Virus record (IMG/VR): IMGVR_UViG_3300037756_000013
Location: 1-30,307 of that record
DNA from: a virus
Taxonomy: Duplodnaviria; Caudoviricetes
Length of the DNA: 30,307 nucleotides
Reading direction: 5' to 3' (one strand)
Positions 9,115 to 18,347 of the stretch are shown here, piece after piece. A program made the translations under genes and the position numbers. The first letter of the stretch is position 1; the number at the start of each line of letters is the position of its first letter. The notes beneath the pieces were generated by a model that made no database searches, was not told the DNA's origin, and saw nothing but the letters and a program-made list of their open reading frames with translations.

Positions 9115-9549
9115 ATGGCGAAGATCAACGCCACGTCTCAGGGCGTCAGGGTCACCGGTCTCAAGGAACTAAACAAGGCGCTGAAGGCTCTCGGGCCGGA
9201 CGTTCAGAAGGAACTGAAGGCGGCCAACTTCGAGGTTGGCTCCATGGTGGCCGGCGATGCCCAGTCCATCGCGCAGGGCCTCGGGGGCGTGGCGGCCAAG
9301 GTCGCCCCGACCATCAAGGCCACGAAGACGCAGGCAGGCGCGGCCGTGTCGCTCGGCGGCGCGGCGTACCCGTTCGCGGCCGGCGCGGAGTTCGGCGGGC
9401 AAGGGCGACCCACCACACAGCAGTTCAAACCACACCTCGGCCGGACGGGCTACTTCGTCTACCCCTCCATCCGGCAGAACGCCGACGAGATCGAATCCAC
9501 CTACGTCGAGCGCCTCGACGACATCATGAGAAAGAACGGCATGCGATGA
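9115..9549 (+). CDS. HK97 gp10-like tail/neck protein
   Basis: VRVTGLKELNKALKAL, YPFAAGAEFG and YFVYPSI motifs. Confidence 0.8.
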   Translation: MAKINATSQGVRVTGLKELNKALKALGPDVQKELKAANFEVGSMVAGDAQSIAQGLGGVAAKVAPTIKATKTQAGAAVSLGGAAYPFAAGAEFGGQGRPTTQQFKPHLGRTGYFVYPSIRQNADEIESTYVERLDDIMRKNGMR

Positions 9550-9917
9550 CGACCCCCTCCCGCCCGACGGCCGCCCGCAAGGTCACCCGCAAGACCGAGG
9601 AGAGCCGTGAGAGTGCGCTCGACCAGGGCCTCCGCATCGTCCTCGACGGCGAGACCTTCGACGTCCGCCTCGGAGACATCACCTCCCCGATGGCACGCGA
9701 ACTCCGGTCGAAGCTCGGTTGCGGCCCTATGCAGTTGATCGGCCAGCTCGCCGTGGATCCCGACGTGGATCTCCTCTCGGCGTTCGTATGGCTGGCCCGC
9801 CGCATTGCCGGCGAGATGGTGCGCTTCGACGACGTCGAGGTCACCTACGCCCAGCTCCTGAGTGACGGCTTCGACGTGTCGACGCCGGGCAAGGCGGAGC
9901 CGGACCCGGAAGCCTGA
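9546..9917 (+). CDS. Tail assembly chaperone (G)
   Basis: Position before tape measure; acidic C-terminus ending DPEA*, with an overlapping -1 frame ORF. Confidence 0.8.
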   Translation: MTTPSRPTAARKVTRKTEESRESALDQGLRIVLDGETFDVRLGDITSPMARELRSKLGCGPMQLIGQLAVDPDVDLLSAFVWLARRIAGEMVRFDDVEVTYAQLLSDGFDVSTPGKAEPDPEA

Positions 9918-10048
9918 GGCGGGCGCTCCTCAAGGAGTTGCCCGCCCTGACCAAGTTCTACGGCCTACGTCCCGCCGACATTGACGAGATGACGTTCCGC
10001 GAGGTCTCCGAGTACCGCGCGCAGATGCAGGCATCGCTAGCCAAGTAG
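9905..10048 (+). CDS. Tail assembly chaperone -1 frameshift extension (G-T)
   Basis: The -1 frame from C CCG GAA reads PGSLRRALLKELPALTKFYGLRPADIDEMTFREVSEYRAQMQASLAK* and fills the gap to the tape measure gene. Confidence 0.75.
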   Translation, partial: PGSLRRALLKELPALTKFYGLRPADIDEMTFREVSEYRAQMQASLAK

Positions 10049-10063
10049 TCGAGGGGGTGGACC

Positions 10064-12313
10064 GTGGCCGGTCGGAAGATCACCATCGAGTTCCTCGGCA
10101 AGGATAAGAGCCTCCAGAACACGATCAGCGGTGTCGAGGGCAAGTCGTCCAAGCTGGGCGGCGTCCTCGGCAAGGTTGGCAAGGCTGCCGCCATTGGATT
10201 CGCGGCAGTAGGCGTCGCTGCTGTCGCTGGCGGCAAGTACGTGCTTGACCATGGCGCCAAGCTCGAGCAGATGGCCGCGAAGGCCGACACTGTGTTCGGC
10301 TCGCAGATCGGCGCCGTGGAGAAGTGGGCCGACAAGTCCGCGCACGCCATGGGCCTCACCCGTGGAGAGGCCACTGGGCTCGCCGCGAACTTCGGCGACC
10401 TCCTGATTCCCATGGGCTTCACCCGCAAGGAAGCCGCGAAGATGTCGACCGACGTGGTCGGACTGTCGGGCGCGCTGTCGCAATGGTCTGGCGGCACGGT
10501 CTCGACGGCCGAGGCTAGTGATGTGCTGGCCAAGGCGATGCTCGGCGAGACCGACGGACTGAAGGCGCTCGGCATCTCGATCAGCGCGGCCGAGATCGAA
10601 GCCCAACTGCTGAAGCAGGGGCAGAAGGATCTGACGGGCGAGGCGCTGGCGCAGGCGAAGGCACAGGCCACGCAGACGTTGATCATGGAGAAGTCGACGG
10701 ATGCGCAGGACGCGTTCGCCAAGGGCGGCTCTCCACTACTCTCCACGCAGGCGAAGCTGTCGGCGGTGTTCAAGGAGGTCCGCGACAAGGTCGTGATGGG
10801 GCTGGTCCCCGCGTTCACCGCTGTGGGCGACTGGATACTGACCACAGGCCTGCCCGCGATGCAGAAGCTTGGCGACTGGCTCCAGACCAACCTCCTGCCC
10901 AAGTTCCAACAGTTGGGCGACTGGATTCAGACCAAGGTGCTGCCGGCCTTGCGGGGCATTGGCGACTGGATCAGCAAGCATGTCTTGCCGATCTTCCAGA
11001 AGCTCGGCACTGAGGGGCCGTCGATCTTCGCGAAGGTCCGCAGTGCGATCGAGTCTGTGATCAAGACCGTCATCTCCATCGCTCAGAAGGTCGGCAACAA
11101 CCTGCGTCCGGTCTTCGAGCAACTGGTCGACACCTTCAAGTCCAGGTTGCTGCCGACCCTGATGCTCATCATCGACCGCTTCCAGAAATGGTGGCCGACG
11201 ATCTCCAAGGTTGTCGGCAAGGTGCTCGACCTGGCCTCGGCCATCCTCGGCAAGGTACTGCCGCCCGTGATCCAGTTCGCCGGGTTCCTGCTGTCGAAAC
11301 TGGTCCCGGTCATCCTTGACGTGATCGAGGTGCTGGCCAAGATCATCGGCAAGGTGTACGCCGTGGGCGCTGCCTTCGTTGGCGGCGTGAAGGATGTTGC
11401 CAAGTTCGCGACGGGCGTTGCTCAGAAGATCGGCAACGTGATCCAGACCGTGTCCGAGATCCCGGGCAAGGTGCTCGGCGCGCTCGGTTCCGTGGGCAAG
11501 ACGCTCTACAGCGCGGGCTCGTCGATCATCCAGGGACTCATCGACGGCATCATGGCCAAGGTCGAGTACCTGAAGGAGAAGCTCCAGTCGGTCACGAAGC
11601 TGATCCCCGACTGGAAGGGCCCGCTCGACAAGGACAAGATCCTGCTCAAGCCTGCTGGTGAGGCGCTGATCGAGGGCCTCATCTCGGGCATCGAGAAGAA
11701 GAAGTCGAAGCTCCAGACCGTCCTTGAGAAGATCACCGCGCACATCAAGAAGCAGCAGGACAAGCTGGCGACCCTGCTCGACAAGCGGAAGTCCATCGTG
11801 GATTCCTTCCGGGGGTTCGCGTCGTCGGTCTTCGGCGCCGACATGGGCGACGCCGACAACCCCGCGACGGCCCAGACGCTGGTCGACCACAGTGCGGGTC
11901 AGCGCGGCAGGGCCGAGACGCTGAGCGCCGACGTGAAGGCGCTGATCGACAAGGGCCTGTCGAAGGACATGATCAACGAGCTGATCGCGTCGGGCCAGTC
12001 GGGCATGGATCAGATCCATCTGCTGGCGTCCGCCACCGACGAGCAGATCGCCGCGGTCAACGCGAACCAGGCCGCGACTCAGGCAGCGCTCACCGCGGCC
12101 GGTCTCGCTGCGGCTGACGCGGTGATGGGCGAGCAGATCGCCGCGGCCGAGCGTGACGTGAAGCTGGCGGACGGGATCCGCGACAAGCTCAAGGAGCTCA
12201 TGGAGCAGCAGGACAAGAACACCGTCATCCAACTGGTCCTCGACGGCAAGGTGCTGCACGCCTCACTGCTGAAGCTCAAGAAGTCCAAGAACAAGAAACT
12301 GCAGCTGGACTGA
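10064..12313 (+). CDS. Tape measure protein (749 aa)
   Basis: Long helical Ala/Lys/Leu-rich ORF; four 15-aa (L/I/V)GDW repeats; GSSIIQGLIDGI and KGPLDKD motifs; RBS GAGGGGG. Confidence 0.95.
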   Translation: MAGRKITIEFLGKDKSLQNTISGVEGKSSKLGGVLGKVGKAAAIGFAAVGVAAVAGGKYVLDHGAKLEQMAAKADTVFGSQIGAVEKWADKSAHAMGLTRGEATGLAANFGDLLIPMGFTRKEAAKMSTDVVGLSGALSQWSGGTVSTAEASDVLAKAMLGETDGLKALGISISAAEIEAQLLKQGQKDLTGEALAQAKAQATQTLIMEKSTDAQDAFAKGGSPLLSTQAKLSAVFKEVRDKVVMGLVPAFTAVGDWILTTGLPAMQKLGDWLQTNLLPKFQQLGDWIQTKVLPALRGIGDWISKHVLPIFQKLGTEGPSIFAKVRSAIESVIKTVISIAQKVGNNLRPVFEQLVDTFKSRLLPTLMLIIDRFQKWWPTISKVVGKVLDLASAILGKVLPPVIQFAGFLLSKLVPVILDVIEVLAKIIGKVYAVGAAFVGGVKDVAKFATGVAQKIGNVIQTVSEIPGKVLGALGSVGKTLYSAGSSIIQGLIDGIMAKVEYLKEKLQSVTKLIPDWKGPLDKDKILLKPAGEALIEGLISGIEKKKSKLQTVLEKITAHIKKQQDKLATLLDKRKSIVDSFRGFASSVFGADMGDADNPATAQTLVDHSAGQRGRAETLSADVKALIDKGLSKDMINELIASGQSGMDQIHLLASATDEQIAAVNANQAATQAALTAAGLAAADAVMGEQIAAAERDVKLADGIRDKLKELMEQQDKNTVIQLVLDGKVLHASLLKLKKSKNKKLQLD

Positions 12314-14214
12314 TGGTCAGCAACTACATGCCGGACGTGGTCGTGGAGATCGCCTGGGACAGCGGCTACGTCACGCCCGCGGCCTCGCGCACGTGGACCG
12401 ACGTGTCGGACTACGTCGAGCTGGCGGACGGCATCGACATCACGTTCGGTCGGCAGGACGAACTCTCCACCGCGGACGCCAACGACCTGACCCTGACTCT
12501 CGACAACAGCGACGGCCGCTTCACCGCTCTCCGGTCGGGGTCGCCGTACTACCCGAACGTGAAGATCGGCCGCCCAATCCGCGTGAAGGTGACACCCCCG
12601 GGCGGCTCGGAGTCGGTCCGGTTCGTGGGCTTCATCGACGAGTGGCCGGTCGAGTGGGACGGCTCGGACGCCTACGCGAAGGTGACGATCCTGGCGACGT
12701 CGCGCATGGCTCGGCTGGGGCTGACTGAGAAGCTGAAGTCGATGATCGAGGAGCAGATCCCCTCCTACAGTCCGGCCCGCTACTACACGATGGGCGACCC
12801 GTCCGGCTCAACGGCCGCCGTGGACTCGTCGGGGAATGCGGGTGGCCGCCTGCTCTCTACTGGCTCGGGAACGGCCGTGGTCTTCGGCGAGGCGACCGGG
12901 CCCGGGACTGACGGACTCACGGCCGCCACGTTCGCAGCCGGCCAGTACCTAACGACGGCACTGCCAGCGACAGCGCCGCACGCGATCCACCTCACCGTTA
13001 AACTCGACGCACTGCCGGGTGCCGTGGCGATCCCGGCCAAGATCTATGCCGCCGATGGCGACCCGGTCGTACTCGCCATCGAACCCTCGGGGGTGGTGAC
13101 GGCCAGTCACGCTGACGACACGTTCATCACTGGCCCAAACCTGAACGACGGCGCTACCCACGACGTCACCTTCACTCTGAGCAACGATGTGGGGGATGCT
13201 GAACTGTTCGTGGACGGATTGAGTGTCGGCACGGAGACCTGGACTGCGGGCTCTGCCGCCACCGAGTTGGAGGTCGGGCGGCTCCTGACCGGCGTCCTGT
13301 CACACGTGGCCTACTTCGACGCGAACAGTTCGCCGATCGAGTCGCTCGCGGCTGCCGCCATGGCGGGCGCCGCTGACGGCTTCGTTGGCGAGCGCACCGA
13401 CCAGCGCCTACTGCGGATCCTCGAGTGGGTGGGCGTGGCCTCTGCCGAGGTCGACGCCGAGACCGGCGACGAGACCATGACTTACCAGCAGACCAGCGGC
13501 GCGAGTGCGATCGACATGCTGCGTGAGTGCGAATCCACCGAGGGTGGCGTCCTGTTCGACGGACCCGACGGCGAGATCAAGTTCCACAACCGCTCCCACC
13601 GCTACCTGAAGACGGCCGCCGCGATCCTCGACGCGCCATCCCAGCACGTCGGGGCCGACTACGCCCCGCGCCTCGACCGCTCGACGCTGGCCAACGACAT
13701 CACGGTCGACAACCCGACGACCGGGGAGAGCGCCCGGGCCGTCGACACTGCCTCGAGCAACGAGTACGGGGTTGCGACCAGTTCGGCAACGTCGGTCGCG
13801 GACTCCTACGAGCCGCTCGGCGAGAAGGCTGCATGGCTGATCGCCTCCTACGCCGAGCCCCGGATGCGCGTCCCCTCGCTGACCGTCGACGTGCTCGCAC
13901 ACCAAGGCCTCACCCCCTCCGCCCAGACGCTGCTGGGGATCACCGTGGGCGACGTGCTGGGAGTGGAGAGCCTGCCCACCCAGGCGCCGGAAGGCTACGA
14001 CGCTTGGGACCTGGGTGAGGACGCGCTCGGCGTGGGGTCCGTGCTCGGCGACGGTCACGCGAGCTTCTTCGTGGAGGGCTACACCGAGACCATCGGCCCC
14101 GAGTCCTACGAGATCAGTTTCAACCTGTCCCCAACGTCGCCTGCGCTCGACACCTTCATCTTGGACGACGCCGATCGAGGAACCCTCGACAGCGACAACG
14201 TCCTAGCCTACTAA
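12313..14214 (+). CDS. Minor tail/baseplate protein with central LamG/ConA-like lectin insertion
   Basis: WTDVSDYV, GRQDE, LTLDNSDGRFT N-terminus; central beta-rich region (NLNDGATHDV, LFVDG, LSHVAYF); hub-like C-terminus (ESTEGGVLF, FFVEGYTETI). Confidence 0.85.
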   Translation: MVSNYMPDVVVEIAWDSGYVTPAASRTWTDVSDYVELADGIDITFGRQDELSTADANDLTLTLDNSDGRFTALRSGSPYYPNVKIGRPIRVKVTPPGGSESVRFVGFIDEWPVEWDGSDAYAKVTILATSRMARLGLTEKLKSMIEEQIPSYSPARYYTMGDPSGSTAAVDSSGNAGGRLLSTGSGTAVVFGEATGPGTDGLTAATFAAGQYLTTALPATAPHAIHLTVKLDALPGAVAIPAKIYAADGDPVVLAIEPSGVVTASHADDTFITGPNLNDGATHDVTFTLSNDVGDAELFVDGLSVGTETWTAGSAATELEVGRLLTGVLSHVAYFDANSSPIESLAAAAMAGAADGFVGERTDQRLLRILEWVGVASAEVDAETGDETMTYQQTSGASAIDMLRECESTEGGVLFDGPDGEIKFHNRSHRYLKTAAAILDAPSQHVGADYAPRLDRSTLANDITVDNPTTGESARAVDTASSNEYGVATSSATSVADSYEPLGEKAAWLIASYAEPRMRVPSLTVDVLAHQGLTPSAQTLLGITVGDVLGVESLPTQAPEGYDAWDLGEDALGVGSVLGDGHASFFVEGYTETIGPESYEISFNLSPTSPALDTFILDDADRGTLDSDNVLAY

Positions 14215-14224
14215 GGAGCCCTCG

Positions 14225-15649
14225 ATGGCCTGGACTGAGCCGCGCACATGGAGCGACGGGGAGACTGTCACCGCCGCCATGCTCAACGCTCAGGTACGGG
14301 ACAACCTCCTCGCAGTCTTGCCAGCGGCCGGGACTTCCGCCTTGACCTATGTGGCGAAGGGCGACGGCAAGCAGTTCATCGCAGCGGACTACGCATCCAT
14401 TCAGGCGTGCCTGGATGACGCCCCCGCTGGCAGCACTGTCGTAGTGGAGAGCGCCACCATCACCACACCCCTGTCCATCACCAAGGCTGTCACGATCATC
14501 GGCTCGGGGATGAGCAACACCGTCATCTCCGCGAGCGGGTGCAGCGCCGTGACCGTTGCCGCGGGCGTCGGGGACGTTTCCATTCAGCGCCTACGTCTGC
14601 GCCAGCCCACTCCGTACACGACAACCGTGAACGACCACATCGGCATCACCATTCTTGGCGACACCGGGAACCGCCCCAGCCGACACGTCTACCGGGACAT
14701 ATTCATCGACGGTTTCGAGACTGCGATTCAGGCCAACTGGCTCTGGACCTCGGTATTCGACAATGTCCAGACGGCGTTTGGGTTGATCGGGCTGGACTCC
14801 TACGGCCTGAGCGTGAACAACCAGGTACTTGCGGGCAACTGGGTGGTCAACAACGGTAGCGCCGCACGCCTTGCAGGATCGGTTTGCATCCGGCTGAACG
14901 GACAGGTGTCCCGAGCCGACACCACGCCGATCGTCAGCGAGGGCTACATGATTATCGGCGCACTTCTGTTCGGTGGGGACTACGGAGTCGACGCGCCGGG
15001 GTTCGCCAACTACCAGATAGCCAACTGCATCATCGACTTCATTCACCTCGCGGGGATACGGATCATAAACAACGGCACCGCCTACGGCGGCCACGTGTTG
15101 ATCCAGGGAAACTACATCGCGATGTCGTCGGCGTCTGTCACAACGGTCGGCGCCATCGAGGTTGCCAATACGGTCATAGGGACCCGGGGCAATCGGATCA
15201 TCGGCAACGACATCCTCGGTTACGCCGGCGCCGATGCGCCTTACGGGATCAACCTCATCGCCAACGGCGGCGCATCGGGGTGCGTGATCTCCGGCAACGT
15301 CCTGAACGGCTTCTCCACCAACGACATCCGCACCGCTTGTTCGACCAACGTCGTCACTCACAATCGGTGTACGTCGACCGTGACGGATCAGATCTACTCG
15401 CCCTCAGGGCAGACGAACCTTGTCTCTGACAATCTCGCCACGGTGTTCGTCGGCGGCGCGTCCTTCCCGAACACCTATGTAGTGGTCGGCGGCGCGAAGC
15501 ACTACAGGGGGACCGCCGCTCCTACCGCGGGCACCCACAAGGTCGGGGAACGCGTCATCCGCTCGGTCCCCGCGGTAGGACAGCCGAAGGCCTGGGTCTG
15601 CACCGTCGCAGGCACCCCCGGCACGTGGGTAAGCGAGGGCAATCTGTGA
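14225..15649 (+). CDS. Tail spike / receptor-binding protein with parallel beta-helix (pectate-lyase-like depolymerase)
   Basis: N-terminal anchor WTEPRTWSDGETVTAAMLN; SIQACLD, VTIIGSG; repeated I.GN/ISGN strands; C-terminal GTAAPTAGT...WVCTVAGTPGTW domain. Confidence 0.85.
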   Translation: MAWTEPRTWSDGETVTAAMLNAQVRDNLLAVLPAAGTSALTYVAKGDGKQFIAADYASIQACLDDAPAGSTVVVESATITTPLSITKAVTIIGSGMSNTVISASGCSAVTVAAGVGDVSIQRLRLRQPTPYTTTVNDHIGITILGDTGNRPSRHVYRDIFIDGFETAIQANWLWTSVFDNVQTAFGLIGLDSYGLSVNNQVLAGNWVVNNGSAARLAGSVCIRLNGQVSRADTTPIVSEGYMIIGALLFGGDYGVDAPGFANYQIANCIIDFIHLAGIRIINNGTAYGGHVLIQGNYIAMSSASVTTVGAIEVANTVIGTRGNRIIGNDILGYAGADAPYGINLIANGGASGCVISGNVLNGFSTNDIRTACSTNVVTHNRCTSTVTDQIYSPSGQTNLVSDNLATVFVGGASFPNTYVVVGGAKHYRGTAAPTAGTHKVGERVIRSVPAVGQPKAWVCTVAGTPGTWVSEGNL

Positions 15650-15677
15650 GCCCATTACTTGATACAAGGAGACGCTG

Positions 15678-16091
15678 ATGACCTGGTCTGCTGGCACCGT
15701 GCTCACGGCCGCGCAACTCAACTCGTATCTGCCGCAAGCCTGGACGCCGTACACCCCGACCATCACTGCCGGGTCGGGGACATTCACCACAGCATCCGGG
15801 TCGGGCCGCTACATCAGGATAGGCACGACCGTGCATGTCAGCGTCGTCATCACCATAACGACCGTGGGCTCGGGGTCGGGCGCCGTTGGGTTCACCGTCC
15901 CCACCCTCGCGCAGGCCGCCAATCGCCAGCTTGGCTCCGGCAGGGTCTTCGCGGGTGGCGGCGCCATGTGTCAGGCGTACCTGGTCTCGACGGCGACAGC
16001 GTACGTCTGGAAATACGACAACACGTCTGTGATCGGCGCGAGTGTGACGCTGATCGTGAACGGCACCTACGAGGCAGCGGCGGCTGCGTGA
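15678..16091 (+). CDS. Minor tail / small fibre protein
   Basis: RBS AAGGAG; TWSAGTVLTAAQLN anchor, WTPYTPT, GRYIRIG.TV and GTYEA motifs. Confidence 0.75.
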   Translation: MTWSAGTVLTAAQLNSYLPQAWTPYTPTITAGSGTFTTASGSGRYIRIGTTVHVSVVITITTVGSGSGAVGFTVPTLAQAANRQLGSGRVFAGGGAMCQAYLVSTATAYVWKYDNTSVIGASVTLIVNGTYEAAAAA

Positions 16092-16408
16092 TGTCGAACC
16101 CCATCCCCGAGGGCTCGGTCGTCATCACGCCCACCGAGATCTACGCGAAGGTCAACACGCTGACCGAGCTCGTGACACAGGTGCTGGCGCGCGATGAGGC
16201 GGCGGCGTTGCGGCAGGCCGACTTGAAGGAGGCGGCGCTGCGTCGCGATGCAGACGCCGCCCGGCGCGAGTCGGATCAGAAGGCCGAGGTTGAGGCCATC
16301 AAGCTCCGGCTGGGCGCGGTCGAGCGCAAGGTCTACATCGCGTCCGGCTTCGCTGCTGCTGTCGGCGGCGTGCTCGGCGGCTACCTGCCGAGCGTCATCG
16401 GCTCCTGA
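16091..16408 (+). CDS. Coiled-coil membrane protein with C-terminal TM (lysis-associated, putative)
   Basis: TGATG coupling; VVITPTEIY...RLGAVERKVY plus a hydrophobic tail; immediately before the endolysin. Confidence 0.7.
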   Translation: MSNPIPEGSVVITPTEIYAKVNTLTELVTQVLARDEAAALRQADLKEAALRRDADAARRESDQKAEVEAIKLRLGAVERKVYIASGFAAAVGGVLGGYLPSVIGS

Positions 16409-16452
16409 CCCACCCCCACTCCGCACCACCGGCCCGCAAGGGAGCAATCGCC

Positions 16453-17127
16453 ATGCCCACCTACCTTGAGACCCACCCGCCGAAGGTGCGGCAGTTCCGC
16501 CGACCGCGCCGCGTGACGCCGTCCGGGCTGATCGTCGTCCACACCGCCGAGTCCGCTCTCGACATGATCGGCGAGGACTCTGGCGCGGAGGACGTGGCGC
16601 GCTTCATCGCCAACCGTTCGGACTACGGCTCCTACCACACGCTGGCCGACACGGACTCCACCGTGCGCCTCGTGCCGTTCGACGCGGAGGCCTTCGGCGA
16701 TGGCACCGGCTCCAACCCGTTCGCCATCCACATCTCGTTCGCGTGCAAGGCGGTCGGCTGGGCGGGCATGAGTCCCGAGCGCCGGGCCGCGATGATCCAC
16801 CAGGGCGCGCTCGCTGCCGCCGAGGCTGCGAAGTGGCTCCGTCGCGAGCACGGCGTCACGGTCCCCGTCTTCCGCATCAGCCGCGCCGACTCGGAGCGCC
16901 GACTCCCCGGCTTCATCAGCCACGCCGACCGCGACCCTGCCCGCCGCTCCGACCCGGGCGCCGCCTTCCCGTGGGACGCCTTCTTCGCGGAGTACGTCGC
17001 CCTCATGCGGCCGTCGACCAAGCCGACCCGCAAGGCCATCACCGTCGCGATCAAGCTCGCCCGCAAGGCTGGCCGCACGTGGGCTGCCGACCGACTCCGC
17101 AAGATCCGCGACGGGCTTCGGCCGTAG
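16453..17127 (+). CDS. Endolysin, N-acetylmuramoyl-L-alanine amidase (Amidase_2 type)
   Basis: IVVHTAES, GSYH and ISHADRDPARRSDPG (His/His/Asp zinc ligands); basic C-terminal tail; RBS AAGGGAG. Confidence 0.92.
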   Translation: MPTYLETHPPKVRQFRRPRRVTPSGLIVVHTAESALDMIGEDSGAEDVARFIANRSDYGSYHTLADTDSTVRLVPFDAEAFGDGTGSNPFAIHISFACKAVGWAGMSPERRAAMIHQGALAAAEAAKWLRREHGVTVPVFRISRADSERRLPGFISHADRDPARRSDPGAAFPWDAFFAEYVALMRPSTKPTRKAITVAIKLARKAGRTWAADRLRKIRDGLRP

Positions 17128-17129
17128 CC

Positions 17130-17768
17130 ATGCCCCGCACCACGGTCGACGTCGTCTTTCAGAACTTGGACGGCGACGGACTGCCCACACAGGGCGGCGA
17201 TGTCGTCCTGACCTGCGAGGCGCCGCACGACAAGCGCGCATTGCGGAAGCGGCTCGGCCGGATGGCGCACTGGTTCCCTGAGCGCAATTACCGGATGACC
17301 GCGTCATGGCGTCCCCGCTTCCACGTCGTGGAGACGCGGCGCATCCTGGTCCACCGCTCGAGCACCCGCCCGCCGTCGCCCCGGCGCGACATCCTCGTGA
17401 CGACCTTGGAGATCGGCGGCCGCGAGGTGTCGTTCATCAGCGGGCACGCCGTGAACTCCGCATGGGCTCCACGGTGGAAGCCGACCACGTTCCGCAAGGA
17501 GCGCCGCCTGCTGTGGAACGTGTGGCATCGCAAGCTGCGCAACGTCGTGATCGAGGAGCACCGCATGGGCCGCCTGTGCGTGGTCGCGATTGACGGCAAC
17601 CGCCCCGGTCGTTGGCGCGTCGCTGGCCTGCTCGTCGTGTGGAAGCACGGCCCCGACCGCATCCTCGTCTCCGAGGGCATCGAGTGTCTACAGACGTGGG
17701 TCGGTCCGCGCACCGGCAGCGGTCGCGTGACGCACCCATCCATCCGCGTGCGGCTGGCCCTGCCATGA
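17130..17768 (+). CDS. Divergent endonuclease/exonuclease/phosphatase (DNase I-like) family protein
   Basis: Ordered motifs VVFQNL, LTCEA, FISGH, VVAIDGN, PDRILV and VTHPSIRV parallel the EEP N, E, H, GDxN, D and SDH motifs. Confidence 0.6.
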   Translation: MPRTTVDVVFQNLDGDGLPTQGGDVVLTCEAPHDKRALRKRLGRMAHWFPERNYRMTASWRPRFHVVETRRILVHRSSTRPPSPRRDILVTTLEIGGREVSFISGHAVNSAWAPRWKPTTFRKERRLLWNVWHRKLRNVVIEEHRMGRLCVVAIDGNRPGRWRVAGLLVVWKHGPDRILVSEGIECLQTWVGPRTGSGRVTHPSIRVRLALP

Positions 17769-17992
17769 CCCCCGCCCGCTTCTGGGCTGGCTTCTTCGGC
17801 GTCGGCCTCGCTGTCGAGATGTGGGGACTGTCGCACCCTGACCGCAATCCGTGGACCGCGAGCCCCAACATCCGCGCCGCACTCCGCGCAGATACCCCGG
17901 CCGGCCGCGCGCTCATCACCATCGGCATCGGGGCCGGCTCGTCCTGGCTGGCCCACCACCTACTCACCGTCGAACCCGAGGAGTCCCAATGA
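17765..17992 (+). CDS. Small membrane protein (75 aa)
   Basis: ATGA overlaps at both ends; two hydrophobic segments; WLAHH near the C-terminus. Confidence 0.7.
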   Translation: MTPARFWAGFFGVGLAVEMWGLSHPDRNPWTASPNIRAALRADTPAGRALITIGIGAGSSWLAHHLLTVEPEESQ

Positions 17993-18201
17993 ACCTGTCC
18001 GCCTACTACACCGACCTCGTGGACCGGGCCGTGAAGACCGCCGCACAGGCGGCGCTGCTCTCGGTCGCCGTCGAGTCCCAGCAGGTCAACGCGCTCGCCG
18101 TGGACTGGACCCTCATGGGCGGCATGGCTCTCGGTGGCGCGCTGCTGTCCCTGCTCACCAACGTCGGCGAGCGTGGCATCTTCGGCCGGAAGGACGCCTG
18201 A
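17989..18201 (+). CDS. Holin (r1t-like)
   Basis: DLVDRAVKTAAQAALL...VDW...GGALLSLLTNV pattern of r1t-type holins; located in the lysis cassette. Confidence 0.85.
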   Translation: MNLSAYYTDLVDRAVKTAAQAALLSVAVESQQVNALAVDWTLMGGMALGGALLSLLTNVGERGIFGRKDA

Positions 18202-18347
18202 TGACGCAGATGTTCGAGGTCGTCATCAAGGCCGTCGGCGAAGTCCGCGACAAGGACGGCAACCTCATCTCGGCCTCGCCCGTCGAGGCAACCATGCACC
18301 TCACCGCGGACGAAGTCGCCGCACTCACCGAAGGAGACCCGTCATGA
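18201..18347 (+). CDS. Hypothetical protein (48 aa), absent from the ORF track
   Basis: MTQMFEVVIKAVGEVRDKDGNLISASPVEATMHLTADEVAALTEGDPS*; overlap-coupled at both ends. Confidence 0.75.
   Translation: MTQMFEVVIKAVGEVRDKDGNLISASPVEATMHLTADEVAALTEGDPS

Noticed and set aside
192-12259. Long antisense ORFs (e.g. 1918-3312, 4247-5863, 8115-9134, 10736-12259)
   Set aside because: Typical high-GC shadows of well-supported plus-strand structural genes; no motifs.
14225-16091. Invertible tail-fibre (shufflon) system
   Set aside because: Both genes are on the same strand, I saw no flanking inverted repeats, and there is no invertase.
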